Of a stretch of 64,000 bases of DNA, positions 41,430-51,302 are shown piece after piece. The stretch is from an uncultured cyanobacterium. GTDB lineage: Bacteria > Cyanobacteriota > Cyanobacteriia > Cyanobacteriales > CAWUOF01. The notes beneath the pieces were generated by a model, which did no database searches, was not told the DNA's origin, and saw nothing but the letters and a program-made list of their open reading frames with translations. Every line of letters begins with the position of its first letter. Position 1 is the stretch's first letter. The DNA is taken from assembly GCA_963744145.1 (NCBI GenBank), contig CAVUSO010000001.1:5984001-6048000 (forward strand). The letters are read 5' to 3'. The position numbers and the translations under genes are program-made.

Positions 41430-42866
41430 TTACTGTGCTTTCCAAACCCCATGAAATCCGATCGGAATAACACTAGGTAAACCTAACTTGCAAACAGGTT
41501 CATCATCTAGTCGATCGCGATCAAAAATCCAAACTTCACTAGCATCTCGATTACCATTATAAACCACAGTCAACACCCAACTTTGACTAGGATTTAAACG
41601 ATCGATCACATAAATTGGTTCGACTGGATAATAATTTTCTCCAAATTTAGCAATAGTCAGAGTCTGAGTTTGGGTATCAAAACGAGCGATCGTATTATAT
41701 AACTCATGAGTAGCATCAACCTCGGTCGTATGTACACACAAATAAGTAGAGCGAGCATATTGCCCTATTTCTAACTGCGACACAACGGGAAATTCACAAG
41801 AATAATCTAAGATTTCCTCAATTCTGATTACTTTTGAGTTTTGTACATCTAAACATACTTGCCATAACGTAGCCAAAGCCTTAGTATGAGTTTGTCCAGT
41901 AGCGATCTCTTGTAAACGTTGATTAATGGCAAAATCTTCATAACGCACTACATCCACAATCACATTACCATTTGGTGCCACATAACCATTACTAAAATGC
42001 CATTGAAACCAAGGTTCTGTTTCTATTTGACTAACTAATGATAGACTTTCTTGATCAAAGATTAAAATCCTTGTTCCTAGACTTGGTTTCCATTCTAAAC
42101 AATGGCTATAAGAACCTAATCCAGCTAGGAGTGGTAGTATATTTAACTGGATGGGGGATATAAAAAATACTAAATATGGTCCAGCTAAAACGAAATCGTG
42201 ACAGAGGGGAATTCCTTTTAGGGAAAAAGCTGATTGTTGGACAATTTTACCATCAGGATTACTTTGATAAAGATGGAGTTGACTATTGCTGTTTTTAATA
42301 GTCATCCCAAAATTAAATATTTTGCCAGTAACTGGATCGCGTTTATAATGAGCAGAATAGGAAAAGTTATTCTTTAATCCCCCTAAATCATCTTCTCCCC
42401 AAGTCGTCAAAGTTTGTAAATCTAAAGCATAAGGTTTACCACCTTCCCATAATGCTAACAATTTATTTGGTAAAGCCATCACAGAAGTATTAGCGGAATT
42501 TTTGGGTGGTTTACCCCAGCGTTCCCAAATACTTGGCGCAATCATGCCATAATTACTATAGAGATATTTTCCCGCTTTCGATTCCTTGAGATAACCCTCG
42601 GTTTCCACATAACGATAGATTCCAGTTACTCCTTCATCGGTAAAATGGAGAGCCAGAATTGCCCCATCTCCATCAAACCAATGTCCCACAGAAGTTGTTC
42701 CTCTGGTTAAACGTCCCGGTCCATTCCGATAAAGAGTTCCCCGTAATCCCAAGGGAATTATACCGCTAATAATTTCTATAGGAGTCAGGGGAAACTCGGA
42801 CGCAGATTGGGATATAGCTTTTGACCAAGCTTTTCGATGGGAGGGTTGAGTTTGGGTTGGTGACAT
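41430..42866 (-). CDS. Carotenoid oxygenase (RPE65-family dioxygenase)
   Basis: YRNGPG, HWFDGDG, four iron-ligand His (SAH, CHDF, WHF, GFHG), EFP. Confidence 0.93.
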   Translation of the reverse strand: MSPTQTQPSHRKAWSKAISQSASEFPLTPIEIISGIIPLGLRGTLYRNGPGRLTRGTTSVGHWFDGDGAILALHFTDEGVTGIYRYVETEGYLKESKAGKYLYSNYGMIAPSIWERWGKPPKNSANTSVMALPNKLLALWEGGKPYALDLQTLTTWGEDDLGGLKNNFSYSAHYKRDPVTGKIFNFGMTIKNSNSQLHLYQSNPDGKIVQQSAFSLKGIPLCHDFVLAGPYLVFFISPIQLNILPLLAGLGSYSHCLEWKPSLGTRILIFDQESLSLVSQIETEPWFQWHFSNGYVAPNGNVIVDVVRYEDFAINQRLQEIATGQTHTKALATLWQVCLDVQNSKVIRIEEILDYSCEFPVVSQLEIGQYARSTYLCVHTTEVDATHELYNTIARFDTQTQTLTIAKFGENYYPVEPIYVIDRLNPSQSWVLTVVYNGNRDASEVWIFDRDRLDDEPVCKLGLPSVIPIGFHGVWKAQ

Positions 42867-43127
42867 ATATTGATTTAGATGTGCAAATTAGACATCAGCT
42901 ATTTTTAGCTATTTTTGGCTGGAATAGAGATTTTCAATGTGATCTAGTTCACAAATTTTAGTTATCGACCTATGTTAACTTAGTATCTACAGATAAAAAA
43001 AAACAACTATTAGCACTACCCCATGCTAGTTCAGCCTAATTATAATATAGCATACTTAATGCTACTTTAAATTAGTTGACGACTTGGACAACAGTACAAT
43101 TGTAATAGTATCATCAAACGGTTAATC

Positions 43128-43547
43128 ATGAACTCTGGTTACAACACTTATCAAATGATTACTGAAATATTTAGAGTAACAATGGAACGCTATCGGATAT
43201 CTGCTAAACAGCTATCAAAAGTGTCAGGAGTTAGTGAAAATCATATATCTGAGTTTCGTCGTCATAAAACTGGAATTTCGACGGAAGTATTAGGAAAACT
43301 ACTAGATGCAATGGAAGAAATCCAACCAGGATCTCGGGCTTACTTTTGTTCTAGATTAGCAAATGGGAATGATGCAGAAATTACTAACCAAAAGTCTGCT
43401 CCAAAAGAATTAGAGTCTCTGTGGGAAATTCAAAATCTAGTTGATGGATTATCAGATAACCAATTAGCATTACTCCTGATGGTGATTGCAACAAGAATCA
43501 AAGCTAATGCTTTAGCAAGTGTTAAAGGAATGGAGCGCATTGGTTAA
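43128..43547 (+). CDS. XRE-type HTH transcriptional regulator
   Basis: SAKQLSKVSGVSENHISEF helix-turn-helix. Confidence 0.75.
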   Translation: MNSGYNTYQMITEIFRVTMERYRISAKQLSKVSGVSENHISEFRRHKTGISTEVLGKLLDAMEEIQPGSRAYFCSRLANGNDAEITNQKSAPKELESLWEIQNLVDGLSDNQLALLLMVIATRIKANALASVKGMERIG

Positions 43548-43709
43548 TCATTGCCCGATTATCTTTATTGGTGATCAACCCAATTAATTAGGATGGGATT
43601 AAATTTCGCTAATTTTTAATCAATAGCAATTTTTATCCGGCTAAATTTTGATCAAAAAAGACTTTAGCGTAAACTATAATCATCAGCAGAAGCTTAACCA
43701 ATATTAACC

Positions 43710-45812
43710 ATGACCAATCGCTTAATCCAATCCCAAAGCTTATACCTTCGCAAACACGCGGAAAATCCAATTGATTGGTGGTTCTGGTGTGAGGAAGCTT
43801 TAGAAACTGCACATCAACAGAATAAACCGATTTTCCTGTCGATCGGCTATTCTAGCTGTCATTGGTGTACCGTGATGGAAGGAGAAGCATTTTCTGATCG
43901 GGCGATCGCTGAATATATGAATGCTAATTTTATCCCGATTAAAGTAGATCGGGAAGAACGTCCAGATTTAGATAGTATTTATATGCAAGCGTTGCAAATG
44001 ATGACTGGACAAGGTGGATGGCCATTAAATATTTTTCTGACTCCGGAAGATCGAGTACCATTTTATGGTGGTACTTACTTTCCGATCGAACCCCGCTACA
44101 ATCGTCCCGGTTTTTTACAAGTGCTCCAAGCAATTCGTCGTTATTACGACCAAGAAAAAATTAAACTCCAAGAATTCAAAGTCGAAATTATTAGCTCCCT
44201 CCAACAAGCAGCATTATTAGGAATAACTGAATCAACCCATCAGGAGATCAAAATTGAGCAATGGAAACGTGGGTTAGAAGTAAATATAGGTGCGATCGCA
44301 GTTGAAGAGGGTGGACCGAATTTTCCCATGATTCCTTACGCGGAAGTAAGTTTAAGAGCAAGTCGATTTCTTCCTGGTAGTCGTTGGGGAGAAAAACCCT
44401 TTAAATATGATCCTCAACAAGTCAGTAAAAAACGAGGTTTAGCTTTAGCTTTAGGGGGAATTTATGATCATGTTGCGGGTGGATTTCATCGCTATACAGT
44501 TGATGAGAATTGGACTGTACCCCATTTTGAAAAAATGCTCTATGATAATGGTCAAATTCTCGAATATTTGGCAAATTTATGGAGTACAGGATACCATGAA
44601 CCAGCTTTGGAGCGTGCAGTATTAGGAACAGTTCAATGGTTAAAAAGAGAAATGACTTCTCCTCAAGGTTTCTTTTATGCTGCTCAAGATGCTGATAGTT
44701 TCACTCAACCAACAGCCAAGGAACCGGAAGAAGGAGCTTTTTATGTCTGGAGCTATCAAGAATTAGCCCAAATTCTCAATGATGCAGAATTGACTGAACT
44801 CCAAGCTCAATTTACAGTTACTCCTCATGGTAATTTTGAAAATTTTAATGTTTTGCAGCGGTTACATCCTGGTAAACTGAGTGAGAATCTAGAAGCTATT
44901 CTCGCTCAACTTTTTCAAGTTCGCTATGGGACAGCTCCACAGGATTTATTAACATTTCCTCCAGCTTATAATAGTCAAGAAGCTAAAACTAGGTCATGGT
45001 TAGGGAGAATTCCGACCGTGACAGATCCAAAAATGATTGTAGCTTGGAATAGTTTGATGATTTCTGGTTTAGCTAGAGCTTATAGTGTTTTTGGTAATCG
45101 GGAATATTTAGAATTAGCAGTGAATGCAGCTAACTTTATTTTAGCTAATCAATGGCAAGAAAAACGATTTCATCGACTCAATTATGACGGTCATCCTGCG
45201 GTGTTAGCTCAATCCGAAGATTATGCTTTATTTATGAAAGCTTTGTTAGATTTACAGCAAGCATCCTTAGTCAATAGCGATCAGTCAATTTCTGGAATCC
45301 ACGCTAGTTTTTGGTTAGAAAAAGCGATCGCAATCCAAGCCGAATTCGATCAATTACTATGGAATCAGGAATTAGGTGGATACTATAATAATGAAGATAG
45401 TCAAGATTTATTAGTCAGAGAACGTAGTTATATCGATCATGCTACTCCTGCACCTAATGGAGTCGCGATCGCTAATTTAATTCGATTAGCAATCTTAACT
45501 AATGATCTCAAATATCTAGACCAAGCTCAACAAGGACTACAAGCTTTTAGCAGTATCATCAATCGTTCTCCCCAAGCTTGTCCAAGTCTATTTACAGCTC
45601 TAGATTGGTATCATCATCATTATCTCGTCCAGACTTCAAGTGATGCGATCGCTCAACTAAGTCGTAACTATTTACCCACAGCTATTTTAGCTTTAGAAAC
45701 TAACTTACCTAAAGATACAGTTGGATTAGTCTGTCAAGGATTAACTTGTCAAGAACCAGCTCTGAGTTATGAGCAATTATGGGAACAAGTGCAAAAAATC
45801 AGTAACCTGTAG
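43710..45812 (+). CDS. Thioredoxin-domain protein, YyaL / SPATA20 family
   Basis: GYSSCHWCTVME, VDREERPDLD, GGWPL, PHFEKMLYDN. Confidence 0.93.
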   Translation: MTNRLIQSQSLYLRKHAENPIDWWFWCEEALETAHQQNKPIFLSIGYSSCHWCTVMEGEAFSDRAIAEYMNANFIPIKVDREERPDLDSIYMQALQMMTGQGGWPLNIFLTPEDRVPFYGGTYFPIEPRYNRPGFLQVLQAIRRYYDQEKIKLQEFKVEIISSLQQAALLGITESTHQEIKIEQWKRGLEVNIGAIAVEEGGPNFPMIPYAEVSLRASRFLPGSRWGEKPFKYDPQQVSKKRGLALALGGIYDHVAGGFHRYTVDENWTVPHFEKMLYDNGQILEYLANLWSTGYHEPALERAVLGTVQWLKREMTSPQGFFYAAQDADSFTQPTAKEPEEGAFYVWSYQELAQILNDAELTELQAQFTVTPHGNFENFNVLQRLHPGKLSENLEAILAQLFQVRYGTAPQDLLTFPPAYNSQEAKTRSWLGRIPTVTDPKMIVAWNSLMISGLARAYSVFGNREYLELAVNAANFILANQWQEKRFHRLNYDGHPAVLAQSEDYALFMKALLDLQQASLVNSDQSISGIHASFWLEKAIAIQAEFDQLLWNQELGGYYNNEDSQDLLVRERSYIDHATPAPNGVAIANLIRLAILTNDLKYLDQAQQGLQAFSSIINRSPQACPSLFTALDWYHHHYLVQTSSDAIAQLSRNYLPTAILALETNLPKDTVGLVCQGLTCQEPALSYEQLWEQVQKISNL

Positions 45813-46247
45813 GGGCGAAGCATTCGGGCGATAATTCACCACTTAAATCCATTAATTTTATATCCGAATGCTTCGCCCGGTTCTTCGTCGGGATCTCCAA
45901 AAAAAAATCTTAACTGAATGTATTTTAATATCTAATGGGAACAAGTGCAAAAAATCAGTAACCTGTAGGGGCGAAGCATTCGGGCGATAATTCACCACTT
46001 AAATTCATTAATTTTATATCCGAATGCTTCGCCCGGTTCTTCGTCGGGATCTCCAAAAAAAAAATCTTAACTGAATGTATTTTAATATCTAATGGGAACA
46101 AGTGCAAAAAATCAGTAACCTGTAGGGGCGAAGCATTCGGGCGATAATTCACCACTTAAATCCATTAATTTTATATCCGAATGCTTCGCCCGGTTCTTCG
46201 TCGGGATCTCCAAAAAAAAATCTTAACTGAATGTATTTTAATATCTA
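45779..46247 (+). repeat. Three tandem ~156-bp units, each containing the 3' end of the yyaL-like gene and a GGGCGAAGCATTCG..CGAATGCTTCGCCC palindrome
   Basis: Units start at 45779, 45935 and 46092; near-identical apart from poly-A length and a point change. Confidence 0.93.
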
Positions 46248-46347
46248 GTTGATCTGTTGATTGCATAGATGGCGAGGGCAAAGCATTTCGGTAATATTAT
46301 TCTTCGTTTAAGCAATCATTTATTCGCCGAAATGCTTTGCCCCTACG
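46215..46347. repeat. Dispersed composite palindromic repeat; inverted copy at ~58797..58927
   Basis: GGGCAAAGCATTTCGG..CCGAAATGCTTTGCCC stem plus shared flank (TTAACTGAAT..GTTGATCTGTTG..GCATAGATG). Confidence 0.8.
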
Positions 46348-46400
46348 GTTAACTTTTTTGTTGTGGGACAGACATCTTTTCTGTTCAATAAATTGATCAA

Positions 46401-48278
46401 CTACTCCTTAATTTTTTGACTTGGGATAATTTTTTCCAAACCAATTAAAGCTTCCATCACTGATTTAACTACTGGTGCTGCTACAGTTGCTCCAGCTCCA
46501 CCTTGAGGTTCATCGACTACAGCTAAAACGACATAACGAGGAGAATTGATGGGAAAAATGCCCACAAAACTGGTAATTTTAGCATAGTCAGAATAACCAC
46601 CCGTATCATTATTAGCTTTTTGAGCGGTTCCGGTTTTACCAGCAATCCGATAACCAGGAATTTGAGCTGGTTTCCCAGTACCTTCGGTTACCACCTTTTC
46701 CATCATTTCTAATACAGCTTGAGTATTTTTCTGGGAAAAAACTTGTCTTGGTGCTGGTAAATTAGGTTGCCAATAAAGTTGTCCCTCGCTGTCAAACAGA
46801 CCCTGAACAACATGGGGTGTTACCAATTTGCCTCCATTAGCTAGAGTAGCATGGAGTTGAGCCATCTGGATTGGCGTTAAAGCAACACCTTGACCAAAAG
46901 CAGTAGTCGCAGCATCAATATGTGATCCTTGATATTGCTCACGAGATTTGAGCTGACTTGGAGCTTCAAAGGGTAAATCAATCCCAGATGTTTGTCCGAG
47001 TCCTAATCTTTCTAACCAATCATGGTAAATTTCTGGTTTCAAGGTTTGCACAATATGCACCATTCCCACATTGCTCGAATATTTGATAATATCCGTCACA
47101 CTTAAGGGTCCATGACCTCCAGCATAATCAAAATCATAGTTTTGAATTGGCCAACCATCAATATAGATTTGACCCTCATCGTTAAATACACTATCAGGTT
47201 TAATCTTTCCTGCTTCTAGTGCGATCGCGACATTGATCGGTTTAAAGGTCGAACCCGGTTCATAAGTATCCGATAGAGCCCAATTTTTAAAGTTCTCGGC
47301 ATTTTTGACTTGGAAATAGTAATTTGGATCGTAGGTAGGTTCACAAACTAAAGATAATAACGAACCATCTTTCGCATCCATGACAATAACTGTGCCACGT
47401 TTGGCATGAAACAGTTGCATTTGCTGTTTTAAGGCGTTACGTGCTGCACGTTGTAAGCGATGATCAATAGTAAGTTGTAAACGCAGATCGTCTAAATGCA
47501 GAAACCCTCCGGGCATTTGATCTGGTATCCAAGCACCCAGACTACTGAGGGTAAAACTAATTTCGGGTACTGCTCTTTCTAGGATATTTTGTTGGCTATA
47601 TTCTAAACCGGCTTGACCTTTTCGATCTAAATTCACATAACCCACAACTTCTGCACCGATCTCTTGATGAGGATAGATCCGTTGTTGTTCGGGTACTAGT
47701 TCTAATCCATCTAAATAGAGATTAGCAATTCGATTAGCCAGATTTTCTGGTAAAGAAAATTCGATTCTAATTCCACTATCCCTAGTTTGAAATTGTTTGA
47801 CTAAGTCGGTCACGGTCAGACCTAAAATTGGCCCGATTTGGCTAGCGATCGCTTCTGGTGTTTTCTTAAATAGTTTCGGGTGGGCATATAATGTATAAAC
47901 TTGTTGGTCGATCGCTAAAGCATTGCCATTGCGGTCTATAATTGGTCGGCGAGGTACAAAGGGACGCATGGTAGTTTGCTGCTGACTTTTAGCCAGTTCT
48001 CGCAATTCCCGACCCTGAAGTATTTGTAATCGAAATAAATTGAGACACAGTCCCAATACTCCGACCAATAATATTCCTCCCACTAAGGCTAATCTGAATC
48101 TTGATGCTTGAGCATTAATATTGATGGTTTTTAAGCGCCGATCGCGTGAGGATACCTGGGAAGGTGGAGATCGCTTAATTTGGGGATGACTAGCAGGATT
48201 TCCCCGAGGAGATTTGGGGGGAAGGGGTCGAGAACGACGACGGAAACGGTCAAAGGTTGAACCTTTGGTCATAATCAA
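46401..48278 (-). CDS. ftsI: Class B penicillin-binding protein (FtsI-like)
   Basis: EPGSTFK (SxxK), SSN (SxN), KTGT motifs; downstream of an ftsL-like gene. Confidence 0.85.
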   Translation of the reverse strand: MIMTKGSTFDRFRRRSRPLPPKSPRGNPASHPQIKRSPPSQVSSRDRRLKTININAQASRFRLALVGGILLVGVLGLCLNLFRLQILQGRELRELAKSQQQTTMRPFVPRRPIIDRNGNALAIDQQVYTLYAHPKLFKKTPEAIASQIGPILGLTVTDLVKQFQTRDSGIRIEFSLPENLANRIANLYLDGLELVPEQQRIYPHQEIGAEVVGYVNLDRKGQAGLEYSQQNILERAVPEISFTLSSLGAWIPDQMPGGFLHLDDLRLQLTIDHRLQRAARNALKQQMQLFHAKRGTVIVMDAKDGSLLSLVCEPTYDPNYYFQVKNAENFKNWALSDTYEPGSTFKPINVAIALEAGKIKPDSVFNDEGQIYIDGWPIQNYDFDYAGGHGPLSVTDIIKYSSNVGMVHIVQTLKPEIYHDWLERLGLGQTSGIDLPFEAPSQLKSREQYQGSHIDAATTAFGQGVALTPIQMAQLHATLANGGKLVTPHVVQGLFDSEGQLYWQPNLPAPRQVFSQKNTQAVLEMMEKVVTEGTGKPAQIPGYRIAGKTGTAQKANNDTGGYSDYAKITSFVGIFPINSPRYVVLAVVDEPQGGAGATVAAPVVKSVMEALIGLEKIIPSQKIKE

Positions 48279-48283
48279 TCTCC

Positions 48284-48811
48284 TTAGTATCCCAAAGGTG
48301 TAGCAGGATTAATCGCTCTATGATTGGTTTGGCGATCGGGATTGGGTGGGACTGGACGCGGGGGAGCTGGAGCTAAAAAGACCAAATGGTCAGGTTTTTG
48401 CGGTACTAACCCGGAATGAGGATTTTCGGCTTCTTGGGCCATTTGTTTTTTCAGTAGTTCACTTGCAGTGCTTAATTGTCGCTCTTGTCGTTGGAGGCTT
48501 TCTAATTTCTGGTATTCTTGGCTCCATAACCTTTGGGAATATACAGTCCAGCTATACATGGTCAGGGTCACCACTATGACCAGAAAGGTAATTCCAGAGG
48601 TAGGTTGTTCGATTTTTTGTAGCGATCGCAACCACCACGGCATAATTTGCGGTGATGGCATGATTTTGAGATTTTGTTGGTTTTTTGACTGATTTGGTCT
48701 GCTAGTACGATTTTTAGCGTTGATCGATGTGATTTTGGTTGAACTTGAGGAGCCACTTTGAGGTTTTCTAGTCCCGGGAGAAGTGTTAAGAGCAACTGAC
48801 ATAAATTTCAC
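48284..48811 (-). CDS. FtsL-like single-TM coiled-coil protein
   Basis: One TM followed by a coiled coil; 5 bp upstream of ftsI. Confidence 0.6.
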   Translation of the reverse strand: MKFMSVALNTSPGTRKPQSGSSSSTKITSINAKNRTSRPNQSKNQQNLKIMPSPQIMPWWLRSLQKIEQPTSGITFLVIVVTLTMYSWTVYSQRLWSQEYQKLESLQRQERQLSTASELLKKQMAQEAENPHSGLVPQKPDHLVFLAPAPPRPVPPNPDRQTNHRAINPATPLGY

Positions 48812-48894
48812 AGATAAAGGTATTTAGCCTAATTTCCAGACAGCAAGATTTATTTTTTGTCTAGAGGATCGGCCATTTTATTCCCATCCTAACA

Positions 48895-51000
48895 TTAGGG
48901 ATTTGGTTGATTGTAATAATTTACAGGGATTTCAATGATAAATTCCGTGCCCTTTTGTGGTGTTGAGTTACAGATTAATTTTCCTTGATGTTGATTGACG
49001 ATGGTTTGATAGCTAACTGTTAAGCCCAATCCACTCCCGCTCCCAATCCCTTTAGTCGTAAAAAAAGGATCGAAAATTTTTGATTGAATTTCCTGATTAA
49101 TTCCCGGACCGTTATCCGCGATCGCAATTCTTACCCAATCCCTATTTGGTTCGAGCCCTGGGATCATCTCAGTACGGATCGTTAAGGTTTTTGGCTCAAT
49201 CGGGTAATTTTTGAGAGCTTCGATCGCGTTGAGCAGGATATTCATAAATACTTGATTAAGCTGACTGGGGTAACATTCCACTGGAGGTAATTTTGCATAA
49301 TTCCGAATTATCTGAATATTTTTTTTAATTGTCCCTTCCAAAATTAGCAAGGTACTTTCTAATCCGGTATGAATATCAACCGATTTATGTTCAGCTTCAT
49401 CTAAGCGAGAAAAATTTCGTAGTGCTAAAACAATCTCACGAATGCGCTCTGCACCTGTATTCATTGATTTTAAGATTAAAGGCAGATCGCGGAGTAAAAA
49501 ATCTATTTCTACTTCTTGGGAAATACTAACTAATTCCGGTTGGGGCTGAGGATAGTAGGTTTGATATCCTACGAGTAACCGGATTAAATCATTCACATAG
49601 CGTTCAATATAAGGGATATTGCCATAAATAAAGCTGACTGGATTGTTAATTTCGTGAGCAACTCCAGCTACGAGTTGTCCTAAGCTGGAGAGTTTTTCAC
49701 TTTGGATTAACTGTGCTTGAGTTAGTTGTAATTCCCGGAGTGTTTTTGCGAGGTATTCTGCTTGAGCTGCACTAGCAGCAGCTTGTTTTTGGGTTTGAGC
49801 GTATAATTTTGCTTGTTGAATGGAAATTGCTAGTTGATCTGCTACTGCTTCAGCTAGTTCTTGATCGTTTTTTGACCAGTAGCGAACGTGAGAACATTGA
49901 TTCAGATAAAGAATAGCATGGAGTTGTTCATTTGCTTGAACTGGGAGGACTAAAGAAGAACGGATTTGCGCTTTTTGATATTCTGGTTGATTTGGACCAA
50001 TGCGCGGATCTTGGGTAATATCAGAAATAATTACTGGTTGACGATTTTCGATTACCCATTCAGTAATTGGTCCGTGAGGATCAAAATCATTGATGGTGGA
50101 AGGAAAAGGTTCTTGATATACTTCAAATAGGTGCTGACGACGAAAAACTTCTGATAATTCATTGACTTCTTCGACTAAATGCACTAAACATCTGTCTACT
50201 TGTAAAGCTTGTAAGAGTTGGGCGATCGCTTGGGTTAAGATCGTTTCTAGATCGAAACTTTGGCGAGTTTGATTGGTAATTTGATTGACTAGTTTTTCTT
50301 TGGCTGCTTGTTTTTGGGTTTGTTCATATAATTGTGCTTGATGGATCGCGATTTCTAATTGTTGTGCGATCGATTGCATAAATTCTATTTCCCCACTAGA
50401 CCATTCCCTAGCATGGTTAGATAAGCAAGATATAAATCCAATTTGATCCGGTTGAGCTTTGACTGGTACTAATAAATAAGCTGGTGCTTCTAACCGGGAT
50501 AAATTTCCCAAGCATTCCCAAAGTTGCGGATTGACTCTCTCTAAGTTTTGCAGATTTTCCCCATCTTGATGATCAACACTATTTTTAATTACTAATTCTC
50601 CTTGCGCGATCGCTGGTGCGACACTCCCAAATAGGGCTAATGGATAATATTTTGGTTGAGCTGGGTGCCCATGATTCCAATTTTCTTGATCGCTGTTAAT
50701 TGGGGGATGATTTGGTATTGCTAAATCCTTTAATTCGATTACGTTTAAAAGTGGATTCTTATGGATAACCTCATCGGCAATTTGGACTCGATTTGTATCC
50801 GCAAAATACCAAAAAAAACTGCATCGATCTAAATTTAATAAGCTGGCTGTTTCTGCGACAGCTGTTTTGATCACAACTTTTAACTCTAATGAGTTCCGAA
50901 TGCGGTCAACTATTTTCCGCAATAACGAGCTTTGATAGGTTGAATTTTGATTGAGTGACAATTTTGATGCTAAGGTGTCAATGGGTAATATTTTTGGCAT
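48895..51000 (-). CDS. Two-GAF sensor histidine kinase
   Basis: Two GAF-like segments (DRC..QLxIxIxQAxLY); AHEINNP, DNGPG, FFTTK. Confidence 0.92.
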   Translation of the reverse strand: MPKILPIDTLASKLSLNQNSTYQSSLLRKIVDRIRNSLELKVVIKTAVAETASLLNLDRCSFFWYFADTNRVQIADEVIHKNPLLNVIELKDLAIPNHPPINSDQENWNHGHPAQPKYYPLALFGSVAPAIAQGELVIKNSVDHQDGENLQNLERVNPQLWECLGNLSRLEAPAYLLVPVKAQPDQIGFISCLSNHAREWSSGEIEFMQSIAQQLEIAIHQAQLYEQTQKQAAKEKLVNQITNQTRQSFDLETILTQAIAQLLQALQVDRCLVHLVEEVNELSEVFRRQHLFEVYQEPFPSTINDFDPHGPITEWVIENRQPVIISDITQDPRIGPNQPEYQKAQIRSSLVLPVQANEQLHAILYLNQCSHVRYWSKNDQELAEAVADQLAISIQQAKLYAQTQKQAAASAAQAEYLAKTLRELQLTQAQLIQSEKLSSLGQLVAGVAHEINNPVSFIYGNIPYIERYVNDLIRLLVGYQTYYPQPQPELVSISQEVEIDFLLRDLPLILKSMNTGAERIREIVLALRNFSRLDEAEHKSVDIHTGLESTLLILEGTIKKNIQIIRNYAKLPPVECYPSQLNQVFMNILLNAIEALKNYPIEPKTLTIRTEMIPGLEPNRDWVRIAIADNGPGINQEIQSKIFDPFFTTKGIGSGSGLGLTVSYQTIVNQHQGKLICNSTPQKGTEFIIEIPVNYYNQPNP

Positions 51001-51302
51001 AATAGAAAAAAGAGCAATACTGAGTAAACTTGAACCATAATTTTAATTACTCGTGTTGTCAACGAACTTCCACCTGTACTATTTTTCTACCTCCTGTAGA
51101 GCAAATATGTTCTAACCAAGAGTTGCTGATTGCAATAAATTTCAATGATTAATCAGACTTTTGATTTGGATGAAAATTTTTCTAAATGTATTTAGACAAC
51201 ACTTAGATGCAATTAAAGCATAAAACTATTGGCATTTTTTGTATCTTATCATACCGTTTCCTGTTAAATTAATTGTGCTCTGAGCATCGGGATTAAATCG
51301 AC

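Noticed and set aside
45955..46155. 66-aa ORF inside the tandem repeat
   Set aside because: By-product of the repeat sequence
45779..46247. Possible CRISPR array
   Set aside because: Whole 156-bp units are near-identical with no unique spacers, and no cas genes are in the window
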